In this document: positions 36,929-53,400 of the stretch, piece after piece
Layout: each line of letters starts with the position of its first letter
How positions within the stretch are numbered: the stretch's first letter is position 1
NCBI GenBank assembly: GCA_965644295.1
Contig: CBFFRP010000058.1
Span: forward strand, 186,001-250,000
DNA length: 64,000 bases
Reading direction: 5' to 3'
Source of the DNA: Paraphysomonas bandaiensis
Taxonomy: Eukaryota; Protista; Chrysophyceae
Translations under genes and position numbers: made by a program
Notes under the pieces: generated by a model
Told to the model about the DNA's origin: nothing
The model's database searches: none
The model's input: the letters and a program-made list of their open reading frames with translations, nothing else

Positions 36929-39900
36929 ATGAAAGTATTCATATTCATATTCATCATATCATTTCTTTCATTCATTGCATCCTATCCTGAAAATAAAGGA
37001 TTAGGTAGCCTTCAGTATGCTACCAGACAAGAAATAGCAGACTTCTTATATAGTAACTATGGTATGACGTTAGTATCATACACGAGCTTTCATCATGTAC
37101 CATTTCCAAGACAAGTTGGATATTATGAAGGACATAGACAAGCTGCATTATTATGTGGTGCAGAAGGTGGAACATCGATTGCTAATAGTTTTAATAATGA
37201 AAGGAATCCTGGTGGATATGGTGGATGTGTATTAGCTGATCTTAATGCTAGTCATGGTGATATATTATGGTTTGTTATTGGTGCAATGGGACGGACTTCA
37301 GATCATACTACAAGTTTTCCTTCTATATATAATGGTGGAGGAAGTAGTGGTGGGAATCCTTATTGTGGGGCAAGTGGTGGAGGTGCAACAGATATTAGAT
37401 TATCATCTACAGATTTAAATAGTCGTATAATGGTTGCTGGTGGAGGCGGTGGTGGTGGAGGTAATTCCAATTACCAAAATATGGACGGTGGAGATGGTGG
37501 TACTTATGTTGGCGAAGAAGGCGGAGTGTACTTTGCATCTTGGGTCAAATCAGGTGGTGGGAGCCAATCTGCTGGAGGAAATGGGGGTGGTACCACGTCA
37601 TATCGTGGTTCGTCAGGTTCCTTTGGGAATGGAGGAGCAGCAGCATCATCAAGTTGTGGTGGTGGTGGAGGCGGGGGATATTTTGGGGGGGGCGGAGGCT
37701 ATTGGAGTGGTGGTGGTGGTGGGTCCAACTACTATCAGCCCGGTACTATTCACGACCAAGTTCGCGGAGCCAACCAAGGAAATGGATATGCAATGCTTAT
37801 CCGGTATTACTATAGTCCCACTGCTACCCCAACACACGCACCGACTTATACGCCGACATATGCACCATCGCATGCACCCACAAGTTCGCCAACTGACACG
37901 CCGACATATGCACCATCGCACGCACCCACGAGTTCACCAACTTATTCACCGACGTATGCACCATCGCATGCACCCACAAGTTCACCAACTGACACGCCGA
38001 CATATGCACCATCGCACGCTCCCACAAGTTCACCAACTCACACGCCGACGCATGCACCATCTCAGACTCCCACAAGTTCACCAACTGACACGCCGACTTA
38101 TGCACCATCTCACGCACCCACAAGTTCACCAACTTATACACCGACATATGCACCATCACACGCACCCACGAGTTCACCAACTAACACGCCGACGTATACA
38201 CCATCTCACGCACCCACGAGTTCACCAACTGACACGCCGACATATGCACCATCTCACGCACCTACAAGTTCACCAACTTATTCACCGACATATGCACCCA
38301 CGAGTTCACCAACTGACTCGCCGACATATGTACCGTCTCGCACTCCTAGTAGCACGCCTACTTCGGTTCCAAGCGGCTCACCCACATTGAACCCTACTGT
38401 ACCGCTATGTGCTCCTGGAGATCGCCACTACTGCAGTGATCGTGGGTATTGCGATGACACTGGCAATAACTGTGTATGTGATGATTATCTCCACTATTGG
38501 CCCTCAGAGCAGTGCTCTACATGGCATAATGGACGGGAACTGGAAGAGGGTTGGTACTGCTACCCGAATACGACGGACCAATATTGTAGCTGGATGGGAA
38601 TTTGTGCATCGGATGGACAACGGTGTGAATGTTTTGGAGGTGGGCATCGGACGTCGGCCGATCGGTGCTCGACGTGGTACTTATCTTACTTGGCCATTGG
38701 TAACTATTCTGGTGTTTGTCTTCCAGATGACCGGGAGTACTGTAACCGCCGTGGCTACTGTAATGCCGAAGGAGATGGCTGCGTGTGTGATGATTACCTA
38801 CATTACTGGCCCTCAGAGCAGTGCTCTACATGGCACGAAGGACGGGAGCTACCATCCAATACCAGCTGTTGCTACCCCAATTCTACTGATTACTATTGTA
38901 GCTGGCTAGGTACTTGTGACTCTACCGGCTCGTATTGCATGTGCGATGATTCCGCCCATCGTCTTCCATCTGAGCGGTGCTATGAATGGCACTACCAGGT
39001 CGATACCCTTGCTCCGACAGGGTTGTATTCATGCCCAACACTAATAACCCCACTACCTAGCCCTGTCCCCACTCCCCGTCCAAGTACTTTTCCTACTTAT
39101 TTCCCCACAGGCACACCGATAAAACCGACTTCAACGCCCTCATTTACGCCATCAAGGAGCCCCACTACTTCGCCTTCATGGAGCCCCACTGCGTCGCCTT
39201 CTCAATGCCCAACGTGGAACCCTACCAAGGTACCCTCGGCATTACCATCTTTTGAGTTGTCGGAGAGCCCAACTGGAATTCCAACCCATACACCTGTAGT
39301 ATGTCTCCCTGGTGACCGTGATTTCTGCAATAACAAAGGACGTTGTGATGATCTAGGACATGGCTGCGAGTGTGATGATTACCTCCACTTCTGGCCTTCT
39401 GAACAGTGTTCCACGTGGCATAACGGGCGGGAATTGAAGTCGGGGCTGTACTGCTATCCCGGCACTGTGGACTACTACTGCAGCTGGCTGGGAACATGCG
39501 CTTCTGACGGTACAAGTTGTGAATGTGAGGATTCTTTACATCGTACATCCGACGACCGATGTGCTACCTGGTCGCCTGCACCCCCAGTGCCGTCTCCTGC
39601 TCCGGTTCCTGGCCCGTGTACACCAGGCGATCGCTCACATTGTTTTAACAAAGGTGTGTGCGATTCCTCTGGTCTAGCATGCATCTGTGATGATGACCTC
39701 CACTATTGGCCTTCTGAATTATGTAAGACATTCCACCTTGGACCTGAAGTCGTTGATGATCAGTGCTGCTATCCTGACGCCCGGGATTATTATTGCGGCT
39801 GGGTAGGCGTATGTAATTCTGATGGTACTGAGTGTATTTGCGATGATCCAGATCACCGACTTCCATCGGAGAGGTGTCAGTTTTGGCACGATGTGTTACC

Positions 39901-40285
39901 AGCTACAACTTTGATGGCCACACAATCTGGATGTCCAGCCACATCGAATTCGGATAATGAAGGGTCAGGTAATTCAGGCGATAGCGTCGGCGCGAGATCA
40001 TTCGAATATTTCCCTTATGTCTTAACTGTGGCGTGCCTACTTTTGTTTGTTGGTGGTGTGTTGGTGTACCGACGTTCTCAACACGAGACGCAGGACACCG
40101 ATCGAAACACTGCATGCTCGGAAGAGTTCATGATGACTTCGCCAATGAAGCGCGAGTACAACATCAAGGAAAGAGAGTCTACATTTGACCGTATTCGTCG
40201 TTCGTCAAGACTGTCAAATTATGAGCACGTCGAGGACGAAATGGAAGGTGTTGTCCCAATTAGCCCAGATACTGAAACAATTTGA
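36929..40285 (+). CDS. Type I membrane protein: signal peptide, ALK/LTK-type glycine-rich domain, mucin-like P/T/S stalk, Cys-rich EGF-like repeats, TM helix, short tail
   Basis: [18 protein letters not shown] and [10 protein letters not shown] motifs; 16-aa PT repeats; four C.PGDR..C...G.C...[12 protein letters not shown] modules; [20 protein letters not shown]. Confidence 0.88.
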   Translation: MKVFIFIFIISFLSFIASYPENKGLGSLQYATRQEIADFLYSNYGMTLVSYTSFHHVPFPRQVGYYEGHRQAALLCGAEGGTSIANSFNNERNPGGYGGCVLADLNASHGDILWFVIGAMGRTSDHTTSFPSIYNGGGSSGGNPYCGASGGGATDIRLSSTDLNSRIMVAGGGGGGGGNSNYQNMDGGDGGTYVGEEGGVYFASWVKSGGGSQSAGGNGGGTTSYRGSSGSFGNGGAAASSSCGGGGGGGYFGGGGGYWSGGGGGSNYYQPGTIHDQVRGANQGNGYAMLIRYYYSPTATPTHAPTYTPTYAPSHAPTSSPTDTPTYAPSHAPTSSPTYSPTYAPSHAPTSSPTDTPTYAPSHAPTSSPTHTPTHAPSQTPTSSPTDTPTYAPSHAPTSSPTYTPTYAPSHAPTSSPTNTPTYTPSHAPTSSPTDTPTYAPSHAPTSSPTYSPTYAPTSSPTDSPTYVPSRTPSSTPTSVPSGSPTLNPTVPLCAPGDRHYCSDRGYCDDTGNNCVCDDYLHYWPSEQCSTWHNGRELEEGWYCYPNTTDQYCSWMGICASDGQRCECFGGGHRTSADRCSTWYLSYLAIGNYSGVCLPDDREYCNRRGYCNAEGDGCVCDDYLHYWPSEQCSTWHEGRELPSNTSCCYPNSTDYYCSWLGTCDSTGSYCMCDDSAHRLPSERCYEWHYQVDTLAPTGLYSCPTLITPLPSPVPTPRPSTFPTYFPTGTPIKPTSTPSFTPSRSPTTSPSWSPTASPSQCPTWNPTKVPSALPSFELSESPTGIPTHTPVVCLPGDRDFCNNKGRCDDLGHGCECDDYLHFWPSEQCSTWHNGRELKSGLYCYPGTVDYYCSWLGTCASDGTSCECEDSLHRTSDDRCATWSPAPPVPSPAPVPGPCTPGDRSHCFNKGVCDSSGLACICDDDLHYWPSELCKTFHLGPEVVDDQCCYPDARDYYCGWVGVCNSDGTECICDDPDHRLPSERCQFWHDVLPATTLMATQSGCPATSNSDNEGSGNSGDSVGARSFEYFPYVLTVACLLLFVGGVLVYRRSQHETQDTDRNTACSEEFMMTSPMKREYNIKERESTFDRIRRSSRLSNYEHVEDEMEGVVPISPDTETI
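37820..38340 (+). repeat. Coding 48-bp tandem repeat ([16 protein letters not shown]), about 10 copies
   Basis: Visible in both the DNA and the translation. Confidence 0.93.
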
Positions 40286-40592
40286 TGCTCTATATATTCT
40301 AGCATTCACATTTTTACATTGTGTCCCATGGTTGGGGTAAAATACGCACTTGTCATATGTACTTACAAAACGAGAACTTATATATTATTATATTGAGTAC
40401 TAGTGGTCCAACCTTGTATAGGATATAGTATTATCATACAGGTATCCATTTTATTTGTAGTACCCGAATTTGTTGAAGTAAGTTTAGTTCTGGGTAAATA
40501 GTACAGTTGCATGCTTTGATGTACTCGAAATGTTTCGTCCCAAGAACTATACTGGCACTAATTAATAAGAATTGCATCGCAATGCTTTTGAG

Positions 40593-42232
40593 CAGGGCCT
40601 GGTAACCATTAATGGTAGTCCAGTTCCCGGCTATTATAATGGCCGGTAATGGCCATTAATACCTACTAACTTAAAGTAGATAATACCGCATACCGCTCAT
40701 AATAGATAGTGTGGTGCTCCCTTAATTACTGATTTTTAATTAAATAGCAGACTACGAATTGTAACTACTTCTCACTCTCCACTGGCACGTCAGGATCTTC
40801 TTGCAAAGCTTCATGGAGGGTATAAGCGTATAAGAACCCCACAATATGTAATTGGCTCGTAGGAATAGCAACGATTCTAGACGATATAGATTCATGTTTC
40901 TAAGCTCAGGTGTCATAATCAACTTTGCATGACTAAAGAGCACATTAGATTGTGCTTCAATATGAAGCAAGCAGCGGTAGTTGGACTCATAGGTACCATG
41001 TCTCTTGGTTACCTCGGCGCTGTCCTGAACACACTGTGAAAACTCAGTTCCCTTCACTCTCGTCCTCGTTATTTCTGTCGGGCGCACCAACATCAATGGG
41101 TGAATCCAGTGGCAGATGTCTAACTGCTCTTCTCTCATTGCCTGTCAACTCTCTTTCATCGTTCCCTTGAATTTTAGCCACTGCCTACTCAAAATTCGCA
41201 CTGGCAACAATGCTTGCATTCAGGGAAATGTATGGATGCAGCTCTGGAAATTCAGGGTAGCAGTATATTATCAAATAACTGGCGGACATAGTACAAATTG
41301 GTTCCATCTCTATGTAAGGCGAGCGTAACACTCTGTAATTTTTCAAGTTGCGTCAAATGTTGTTTCAGCTGTCAAAAGTTAGCTGGAGTTAGAATCTGGA
41401 GTAAGGAGAAACTTTCTTTCTTATTATAAAAGACAATAAATCGCCCCCGTAAAGTCTTTCATTTCCCAAAATTCTCTCGAGTTCCTCTCGCCAAGAAAAA
41501 TCCGCATGTTTGGTGCCCTTCTTGGCTATATGATTCACGCAAGTCGTGTATAACCTCACTGTATATCTTGTTTAAGGCGATCATTGTACAACGAACAAAT
41601 GTGATACAGAGCACTGAGAGGATTCTCTGAATCAAATCGGAAGAAGACTCAGACTGTAAACTACACTGCCATCATATTCACTTTTAATATACTGGATGGT
41701 ATAGTTGTGTATCGCAGCTTCTTTCAACTTTGGGGGAAAATAGTATTTTTATGAATGTTTTCAAGGTGAAACTTAGTAACACTTACTTCTATTCACACTT
41801 AGTAACACATTACTTATTACACTTAGTAACACTTACTTCTATATTCACACTTATAGTAACACATTACTTATTATATAATTTTATAGCACTTTCAGGTCAA
41901 CAATGTATTACTATGCATATTTTCAATGGTTATTTTAGAATTTTTGGGTATATGGATACGTTGCTCGCTGCTATGCATATTGCTCAGGAAATTATTCTCT
42001 AACTGTAGAGATCCTTGAGAAGACAATGAACAGAGTTGCCACAAAGTACCTGTAGAGTTGCATGAACATTGTTGTCTAATATTGTTTAGAGTTTCTTCGG
42101 AGTGTATAGAGGAGATACTTATTATCTTAATAACACTCAGTTCTATATATATATATAGCAGTACATGTCACTAATGGTAGTGCGGTTCCCGGCAATTATA
42201 ATGCCATTACCATGAACGGTTACCAGGCCGTG
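40593..42232 (-). mobile_element. Degenerate hAT-like element with transposase remnants
   Basis: Imperfect TIRs CAGGGCCTGGTAACC / CACGGCCTGGTAACC and a shared subterminal TAATGGTAGT..GTTCCCGGC.ATTATAATG. The minus-strand remnant LFSHAKLIMT...LESLLFLRANYILW fits hAT. No TSD is recognisable. Confidence 0.7.
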
Positions 42233-42375
42233 GTAACGTACACATGATACATGATGTACCTTATAGAGGACAACTCATCTTTTATCACTAAAAGCACACA
42301 CTATATACATTGACTGTAGCTAACAAGACTGATTATTAATATATATAAATACAGTGCATCTCTGCTGCGCTACGT

Positions 42376-44638
42376 CTATCCCATCGAACCGTACATATTG
42401 CTCCAGCGCGTGAACGCCTGCAGACTCTGAGATGAAACGGACGGTCGACACACTCGTTTGGCCGCTACAAAATCCTACAACAATGTAGTTAAGTGGAAAG
42501 CTCAGGTGTTTACAGTACGTACGGCTTCGGATATGGCTCTGATATCCTCGACTCGAAAAACTGACAGCTGTGCGGCAGGGATATCTCGCACAGGGCCCAT
42601 TGCAGCTTCTCTACATAACTACAGAGACATATATCACAATTAGACAAGCAGTATATAGTTTAAAGATATTATAATGCCACATCGTACATAGGGCTGTATC
42701 TACTAAGGAATATCAAAAGTAAGATATCAATATTGCTTATGATCATAGCAGCTAGTACAAGAAGCATGAGTCGCTGACATAAAAGCCTACCGCTGTGATA
42801 TCAGATGCGGAATATCCGTCTGTCATTTTCACGACTCTCTTAATGACATTCTGTGGTACCTCTTTCCCCCCTGCTTGCTGTTGCTTGGCCATTAGGTGAG
42901 TAACTAAGGCAGTCCTAGCAGCAGCATCAGGAAGAGGGATATATATCCTCTTCACAAATCGCCTACAACATGAAATTAGTACTGTACCTTCTTACATTGA
43001 TATCGTATTATATCGGAAAAGACTACTACCAACAATTTTACTCAGACTAGCACACATCACCTTAGCACTGCTTCATCGAGTTCCCATGGAATATTAGTAG
43101 CACCAACTATGACAATGATTAAAACGTAATGAAATCGAATAATCATACGTACTGACGAGAATTCTGTCGGATGAGTCTGTTGCAGCGCCATCAACCTGTA
43201 TTGTATACACATAAGTCCAGATAAAATATCAACCCATAGAAAAATTTTCATGCAAAATGGATATGATCAAGGTATCTACAATATGACAATGATTCGTCGC
43301 AAACCTGGACCATGAACTCAGTCTTCAATCTGCGAGAGGCCTCATGTTCACCATCCTATAAGTGACAGTTAGCAGAGACATAAAGAGTATAGAGCATCAC
43401 ATATTCCAGAACGAATGGTGCAGTAGTATAGTTTCTAGTACAATATTTCTTCCAACCTTGCGTGCAGATAAAAGAGAATCAATCTCATCAAAAAATATCA
43501 CAGCCGGCTGGTGTTTTCTAGCCAGCGTAAATATAGCCTGAATGAAAATAATAAGAAAATACATTGCTCAGTTAAGAGAAACGTAAGGAGCTTAGTAATA
43601 TCACAACCGCAGGTGACCCACCTTCATCAGCTTCTCACCTTCACCTACGTACTTACTGGTGACACTCGATGCGGTGATATTAAAGAATTTGAACCCCGAC
43701 TCCGTAGCGACAGCTTTTGCTATCATTGTTTTACCTATGAAATAATCACAAGTATGACACATCACTCCAAAATAAGGTCAGCAAGTACAGAACGGCAACA
43801 CTTCATACGTCAGTAAATCACCTGTGCCGGGTGGACCATATAACAGGACACCCTTCGGGGGTGCCCGAAGGCCATTGAATAAGTCCGGTCTCAAATTTGG
43901 TAGAATTACTGCTTCCTGTATGGTCTGCTTTGCATAATCTAATCCTGCTATATCGTCCCATCTATAATATAAACACAATACATAATAACACAGCATATTG
44001 ATTGTACAAAAAGCAACAATATATATATACCTCACTCCGGGAGACGAATCTAACATATCAGATAACATTTGTGTCTCATGTTCATCAGATTTGGTTTCTG
44101 TTGACATTTTTTGCTGACTTCCACCAGTGGTATTTGTAGCATCAGATTTTCTTACAAACTTTGAGACTGGCTTTTTTCCACGTGGTTGTACTTTACTGTA
44201 ATTCTTTAAATCTCTATGTCCACTAGATGATGAGGGAGTTGTCTTCTGTCCACTAGATGCTAAGGGAGTTGTCTTCTGTCCACTAGATGATGATGGAGTT
44301 GTCTTCTGTCCACTAGATGATGAGGGAGTTGTCTTCTGTCCACTAGATGATGATGGAGTTGTCATATATGCAGATACTGATGATAAGAGTGTATTCAATG
44401 AATTAGAATTCGTTTGTTTCATTCTTAATTTCACATTTTCAGCACATGTCATATAATGTGTAATTAATTCAGTTAATTGTATTTGTTTATGACTATCATT
44501 TGTTTCTTTTAATAACTGGATCATGATATCTAGTGACTGTTGATAGAGATCTAATGCATCACTATTCTGTTGATTTGTATCAGCTGTAACAGCTGCTTTT
44601 AATAAATTTTCAGCTATTTGTAATTTAGGTGAATTCAT
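42376..44638 (-). CDS. SPAST: Spastin-like MIT + AAA ATPase, multi-exon
   Basis: N-terminal MIT domain; [45 protein letters not shown]; IFFDEIDS; [16 protein letters not shown]; C-terminal RPSVS...W...YGS. Confidence 0.88.
44216..44363 (-). repeat. Coding 30-bp tandem repeat ([10 protein letters not shown]), about 5 copies, in the spastin linker
   Basis: Visible in both the DNA and the translation. Confidence 0.93.
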
Positions 44639-44814
44639 GGAATAGAATGATATGGATATGGATATATATATATGTGTATGTGTGTGTATATGGAATGATT
44701 GTAATGGAAATATAGAGACATATAGACATGTATGTATGTATATGTAGCTATGTGTATGAATGCTAGTGTTTCTATGTATGTATGTATGTATATGATGTTA
44801 ATGTTAGTTAATTT

Positions 44815-45015
44815 AACGGATGGTTAGAATTAGGAACTACCCGTTAGTTTAGTGTTAGTATCTCTTTATGTTAAGGGAAACTTCTGGTATCGCCCGGGTG
44901 TAGTTGTCTCCCTCCCGTTAGAGAGAAAAGGAGGACATTCTTCAACTACCCGTTAGTTTGGTCTCGTGTACTTTCTGGTGCTGATGCCCGGATCTAGTTG
45001 TACCCATCCGGTTGG
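44815..45015. promoter_or_regulatory. Cluster of Myb/MSA-like AACGG motifs in an imperfect ~109-bp duplication
   Basis: CCCGTTAG at 44840, 44914 and 44949; AACTACCCGTTAGTTT at 44835 and 44944. Confidence 0.45.
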
Positions 45016-45409
45016 AAAACAGAAGAAATAGCCAGAAATATCCTGTCAGTTTTACACAAAAATATGTCAATTATCCTAAAAATACTGGTTTTTACATCAT
45101 AAACTACTTCTAATAATTAAGAACTTTCACAATATGACCTTAAAAAGGTGATTTTTAAAACACCAAAATATTTTATGAAAATTTTTCTATATTTGGAGTA
45201 TTTTCTGTTCAATCTGTCCAATTATTGGTACATATATTCTATATACTAGTATATACATACACTCTCTAGGAGTCTTCTTCTCATATCTTACAGCATTTCT
45301 CATACTTTATATCATACAATTCTTTCCCCTCTTCCTCATCTATTCATTCACTATATATACATACATACACATACCTTCTCTATAATTTAACTCTTAGAAG
45401 ATTAACTTC

Positions 45410-46796
45410 ATGTCATCTAGTAACTCTTATCATCATAATCATTCAGATAACTCACCCACTAGTTCCTATAATGATTCTATTCATTCGAATCATTCTACTC
45501 CAATTCATTTAATGAAACGTAATCGTTTTATATCCAAACAACAATTTTATAGTGTAGAAACGGATATCATACACTGTATATGTATGACTATCGTTAATCA
45601 AATGAATGAAGCTGAATTAGACGGTTATTATCCTTCACAAGCATATGATTTATTTAATAAAGAGAAAACAAGTTATTCATTTGGTCCACTTGTATGTATA
45701 GTAACATATTATAAAATACTAACATCTAATACATATGTTTGTATTATAGGGATGCTCTTTGGATACTGTGGAATTTATATTTACGAGTATTCATAAAGAG
45801 AGTCAGATGGAGTACGAATGTATGATAATTACACTTATATATATGGAGCGACTGTCAAAAATGACTGGACAAGGTTTTCGTATTTGTATGTGGAATTGGA
45901 GGTATACCCTATTGGTATGTATGATGCTGGCTTCGAAGGTCTTTGATGACTTCTCTATGAACAACTTCGACTTTGCCGACATATTTTGCAATGTTCATCT
46001 CAAGCATGTCAACCTTATGGAAGTTCAAATCTTGAAAATATTTAATTTTAATGTCGAAGTATCTAGTGAGGAGTACATGTCCTACCACACAAAAATACAG
46101 GAGCTGATAGTTGCCGCACGCATGCAAGCGGTCCACGAGAGACTGGAGTTGCTGGATTGTGAGGATGAGACAGAGAGTGATATTGAAAGTGTACGGCTGT
46201 CATCTGGCTCACAGTCTGCCAACAGTATCAAGGGGTCATTCAACGATGAACGTAGTTTTGGGCATGGAACCGTAGTCGCTAATTACGCTCAACATGCCTA
46301 CAGACTCTTCGATGATATGGACACTTCTGCGGTAAAAGTATCTCCGTGTCTGATACCTCGACATAGTCCCATTATCGGTCCACCACCACAAACACATGCA
46401 ACTAGTGATTTCACTGAGAACCACGACCGTAAAGTAATGACTAGTCTGACCCCTGACTTTGAGGACAGTGTGGACGACAGTGCTGAAACTATTAGCTCAC
46501 CACCTTTCCCCCGGTCTCGCGCTTTTTCTCATCCGATTCACTTTTCTCAGAGCGCTTCTTCCGGCGCATCTTCGATTCGTCGTAGCGTATCGAAAGCTAT
46601 TTCTAGCATATTGAAGACGCTTAGTGCAAGCTCTCCCATGGTCGCTTCTTATCCCACAAAATCTCAGTCGAAAGTTTATACAGATACAGAGAACAATAAC
46701 AGTGAGACCACAGTTTCTGTGACGACGACCTCTTTGTATGCACCCAATCTTTCTGCCGTTGACGAGCCTTCACCACTTTGTGACAGGAGTACTTAA
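45410..46796 (+). CDS. Cyclin-Y/PHO80-like cyclin, 2 exons
   Basis: ECMIITLIYMERL, NWRYTLLVCMMLASKVFDDFSMNN and VNLMEVQIL..FNFNV. Confidence 0.87.
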
Positions 46797-47483
46797 TAGC
46801 AATGTATATATGTATAAACATGTACACAGAGTTACTGGTTTCATTTATTTTATTTACATTAACGTGATGTGAATGTTCGATATATTTATTATATACAGTG
46901 CAGGTCACTGCTAATTTGTTTTGAAATGTATGTCCGTTGTTCTTTAATTAATCAACATAACTTGTTAAAGACAACACTTATAGCTTTATCGTCCTTTCCC
47001 ATGCGCCCAAGAAAATTGGGTAGAGAGCAGGACAATACCTTGCTTCCTTATATTTCTTAACAATTCTATATCATTCTGTGGTCCTTATCCTTCAGCCTAA
47101 TTGACTCCATAAATCACCCATTTACTTACACTAAGATTTCAGAGTCTAAAGCTGCATACTGCGACCGCATTAAATAGTGTTATACTTATTACTAATGCTA
47201 CTATACAAAGGATGCACATAAATCAGAATGATTCGAAAATGCATAATATGAGTACTATTCATGCTAGTACTGATAAAGTATACTAACACCAGAAGAACCG
47301 ACACTCACTTAAATCGCATCTGACCGTCAACTACAACATTCTATCAGAAGAGCGTTCGGTCATGTCTTGTTCACCGAACCATTATGACAACACAATTAAA
47401 ACACTATGCATCATCAAAAAATGCAACTGGGGGTTGCTACTTTTACTTTGCTCTTACACTATCGACTACTTCGAATTGCCCAG

Positions 47484-49599
<2,116 letters not shown>

Positions 49600-50459
49600 A
49601 ATAATAAGTGTATGTAGGATTATCTATTCGATGTAAGGATTAATTGTGATATTCAAACATATTCATATGAATTTTACATCATTTATCAATGTAAAACCCT
49701 CTTCAAATTGATATATGGATGGTATGGTAGAGTATGGTATGTGATTTAGGTGAGATCAATCCTGCTGTATGTGATAGATGCATATATATATGTATGTATG
49801 TCTATGTATGTATGTCTATGTACGTCTATGTATGTATATGTATGTATATGTATTGCAACTTCCTGTTGTTAGGTACTGTTTTTTTTACTATGTAACATAC
49901 GCACATACATAGAGGAAAAAATCAACCCTCTTAAAATACAAGGAGCTACCTATATGCCTATATGCCTATATTTAGATATGAGAAGTACTGTAGAGGACCC
50001 AAAAAATCGTACGTGAAAGTTGTTTTGTTTATATTTTTTAGGGAATATTTTTGGGGATTTCAAAAAAATTATTTCAAATTTTCAGTGTGGTATATACTGC
50101 TGCATATATGTACTTTTGTATAACAGTGAGGTAGGAATTCCTATAGAGTGTATAGGTACTGTACTATCGTATGTATATACTTGTACGTGAAGCAGGTGCA
50201 GTACTTTTGTAAATATATAGCAGTACATTATATAGCAGTCTGTTTGTACTTATATCTGCTATATTGTATAGTGTACATATATACTACTGTACATGTACAT
50301 GTACATGTACATACAGGAGTATGTATACTGCATATATGTCTGTATGTATGTATATCTTCACATAAAATTGTCCACATTTCAAAACATATTAACAGACACA
50401 TACACACATACACATACATCACATCAAACTCAATCAATTAATCATATAATCATATCCAC

Positions 50460-53400
50460 ATGTCAGAAGATTATCGATTTGATCGTACAGATCGTGATTT
50501 TTATTATAAAATATTGCGTGTTCCACGTAATGCTACCCAACATGAGATTAATAATGCATATGAGACTTTAGCATACGCTCATGACAGTCAGAATGATATT
50601 GAAATACAGCGTACGATTAGTAAGGTAGAGGATGTGTATTGTGATCAGCTATATGAGTATATAACATATACATATCTATAACACCCCCCTATATAGAACA
50701 TATACATATAACATGCACCCCTATATATAACATATACATATCTATATAACATATATATATATAACACCCCCCCTATATATAACATATACATATAACATGC
50801 ACCCCTATATATAACATATACATATCTATATAACATATATATATATATAACACCCCCCCTATATATAACATATACATATCTATATAACATATACATATAA
50901 CATGCACCCCTATATATAACATATACATATCTATATAACATATATATATATATAACACCCCCCCTATATATAACATATACATATAACATGCACCCCTATA
51001 TATAACATATACATATAACATGCACCCCTATATATAACATATACATATAACATGCACCCCTATATATAACATATACATATAACATGCTCCCCTATATATA
51101 ACATATACATATCTATATAACATATATATATATATAACACCCCCCCTATATATAACATATACATATAACATGCACCCCTATATATAACATATACATATAA
51201 CATGCACCCCTATATATAACATATACATATCTATATAACATATATATATATATAACACCCCCCCTATATATAACATATACATATCTATATAACATGCACC
51301 CCTATATATAACATATACATATAACATGCTCCCCTATATATAACATATACATATAACATGCACCCCTATATATAACATATACATATAACATGCTCCCCTA
51401 TATATAACATATACATATCTATATAACATATATATATATAACACCCCCCCTATATATAACATATACATATAACATGCACCCCTATATATAACATATACAT
51501 ATAACATGCTCCCCTATATATAACATATACATATAACATGCTCCCCTATATATAACATATACATATCTATATAACATATATATATATATAACACCCCCCC
51601 TATATATAACATATACATATAACATGCACCCCTATATATAACATATACATATAACATGCACCCCTATATATAACATATACATATCTATATAACATATATA
51701 TATATATAACACCCCCCCTATATATAACATATACATATAACATGCACCCCTATATATAACATATACATATAACATGCTCCCCTATATATAACATATACAT
51801 ATAACATGCACCCCTATATATAACATATACATATAACATGCTCCCCTATATATAACATATACATATCTATATAACATATATATATATATAACGCCCCCCC
51901 TATATATAACATATACATATAACATGCACCCCTATATATAACATATACATATCTATATAACATATATATATATATAACACCCCCCCTATATATAACATAT
52001 ACATATCTATATAACATATACATATAACATGCACCCCTATATATAACATATACATATCTATATAACATATATATATATATAACACCCCCCCTATATATAA
52101 CATATACATATAACATGCACCCCTATATATAACATATACATATCTATATAACATATATATATATATAACACCCCCCCTATATATAACATATACATATCTA
52201 TATAACATATACATATAACATGCACCCCTATATATAACATATACATATCTATATAACATATATATATATATAACACCCCCTATATATAACATATACATAT
52301 AACATGCACCCCTATATATAACATATACATATCTATATAACATATATATATATATAACACCCCCTATATATAACATATACATATAACATGCACCCCTATA
52401 TATAACATATACATATCTATATAACATATATATATATATAACACCCCCCTATATATAACATATACATATCTATATAACATATACATATAACATGCACCCC
52501 TATATATAACATATACATATCTATATAACATATATATATATATAACACCCCCCCTATATATAACATATACATATAACATGCACCCCTATATATAACATAT
52601 ACATATCTATATAACATATATATATATATAACACCCCCCCTATATATAACATATACATATAACATGCACCCCTATATATAACATATACATATAACATGCA
52701 CCCCTATATATAACATATACATATAACATGCTCCCCTATATATAACATATACATATCTATATAACATATATATATATATAACACCCCCCCTATATATAAC
52801 ATATACATATAACATGCACCCTATATATAACATATACATATAACATGCACCCCTATATATAACATATACATATCTATATAACATATATATATATATAACA
52901 CCCCCCCTATATATAACATATACATATAACATGCACCCCTATATATAACATATACATATAACATGCTCCCCTATATATAACATATACATATCTATATAAC
53001 ATATATATATATATAACACCCCCCCTATATATAACATATACATATCTATATAACATATATATATATATAACACCCCCCCTATATATAACATATACATATA
53101 ACATGCACCCCTATATATAACATATACATATAACATGCTCCCCTATATATAACATATACATATAACATGCACCCCTATATATAACATATACATATAACAT
53201 GCACCCCTATATATAACATATACATATAACATGCTCCCCTATATATAACATATACATATAACATGCACCCCTATATATAACATATACATATAACATGCAC
53301 CCCTATATATAACATATACATATCTATATAACATATATATATATATAACACCACCCCTATATATAACATATACATATAACATGCTCCCCTATATATAACA

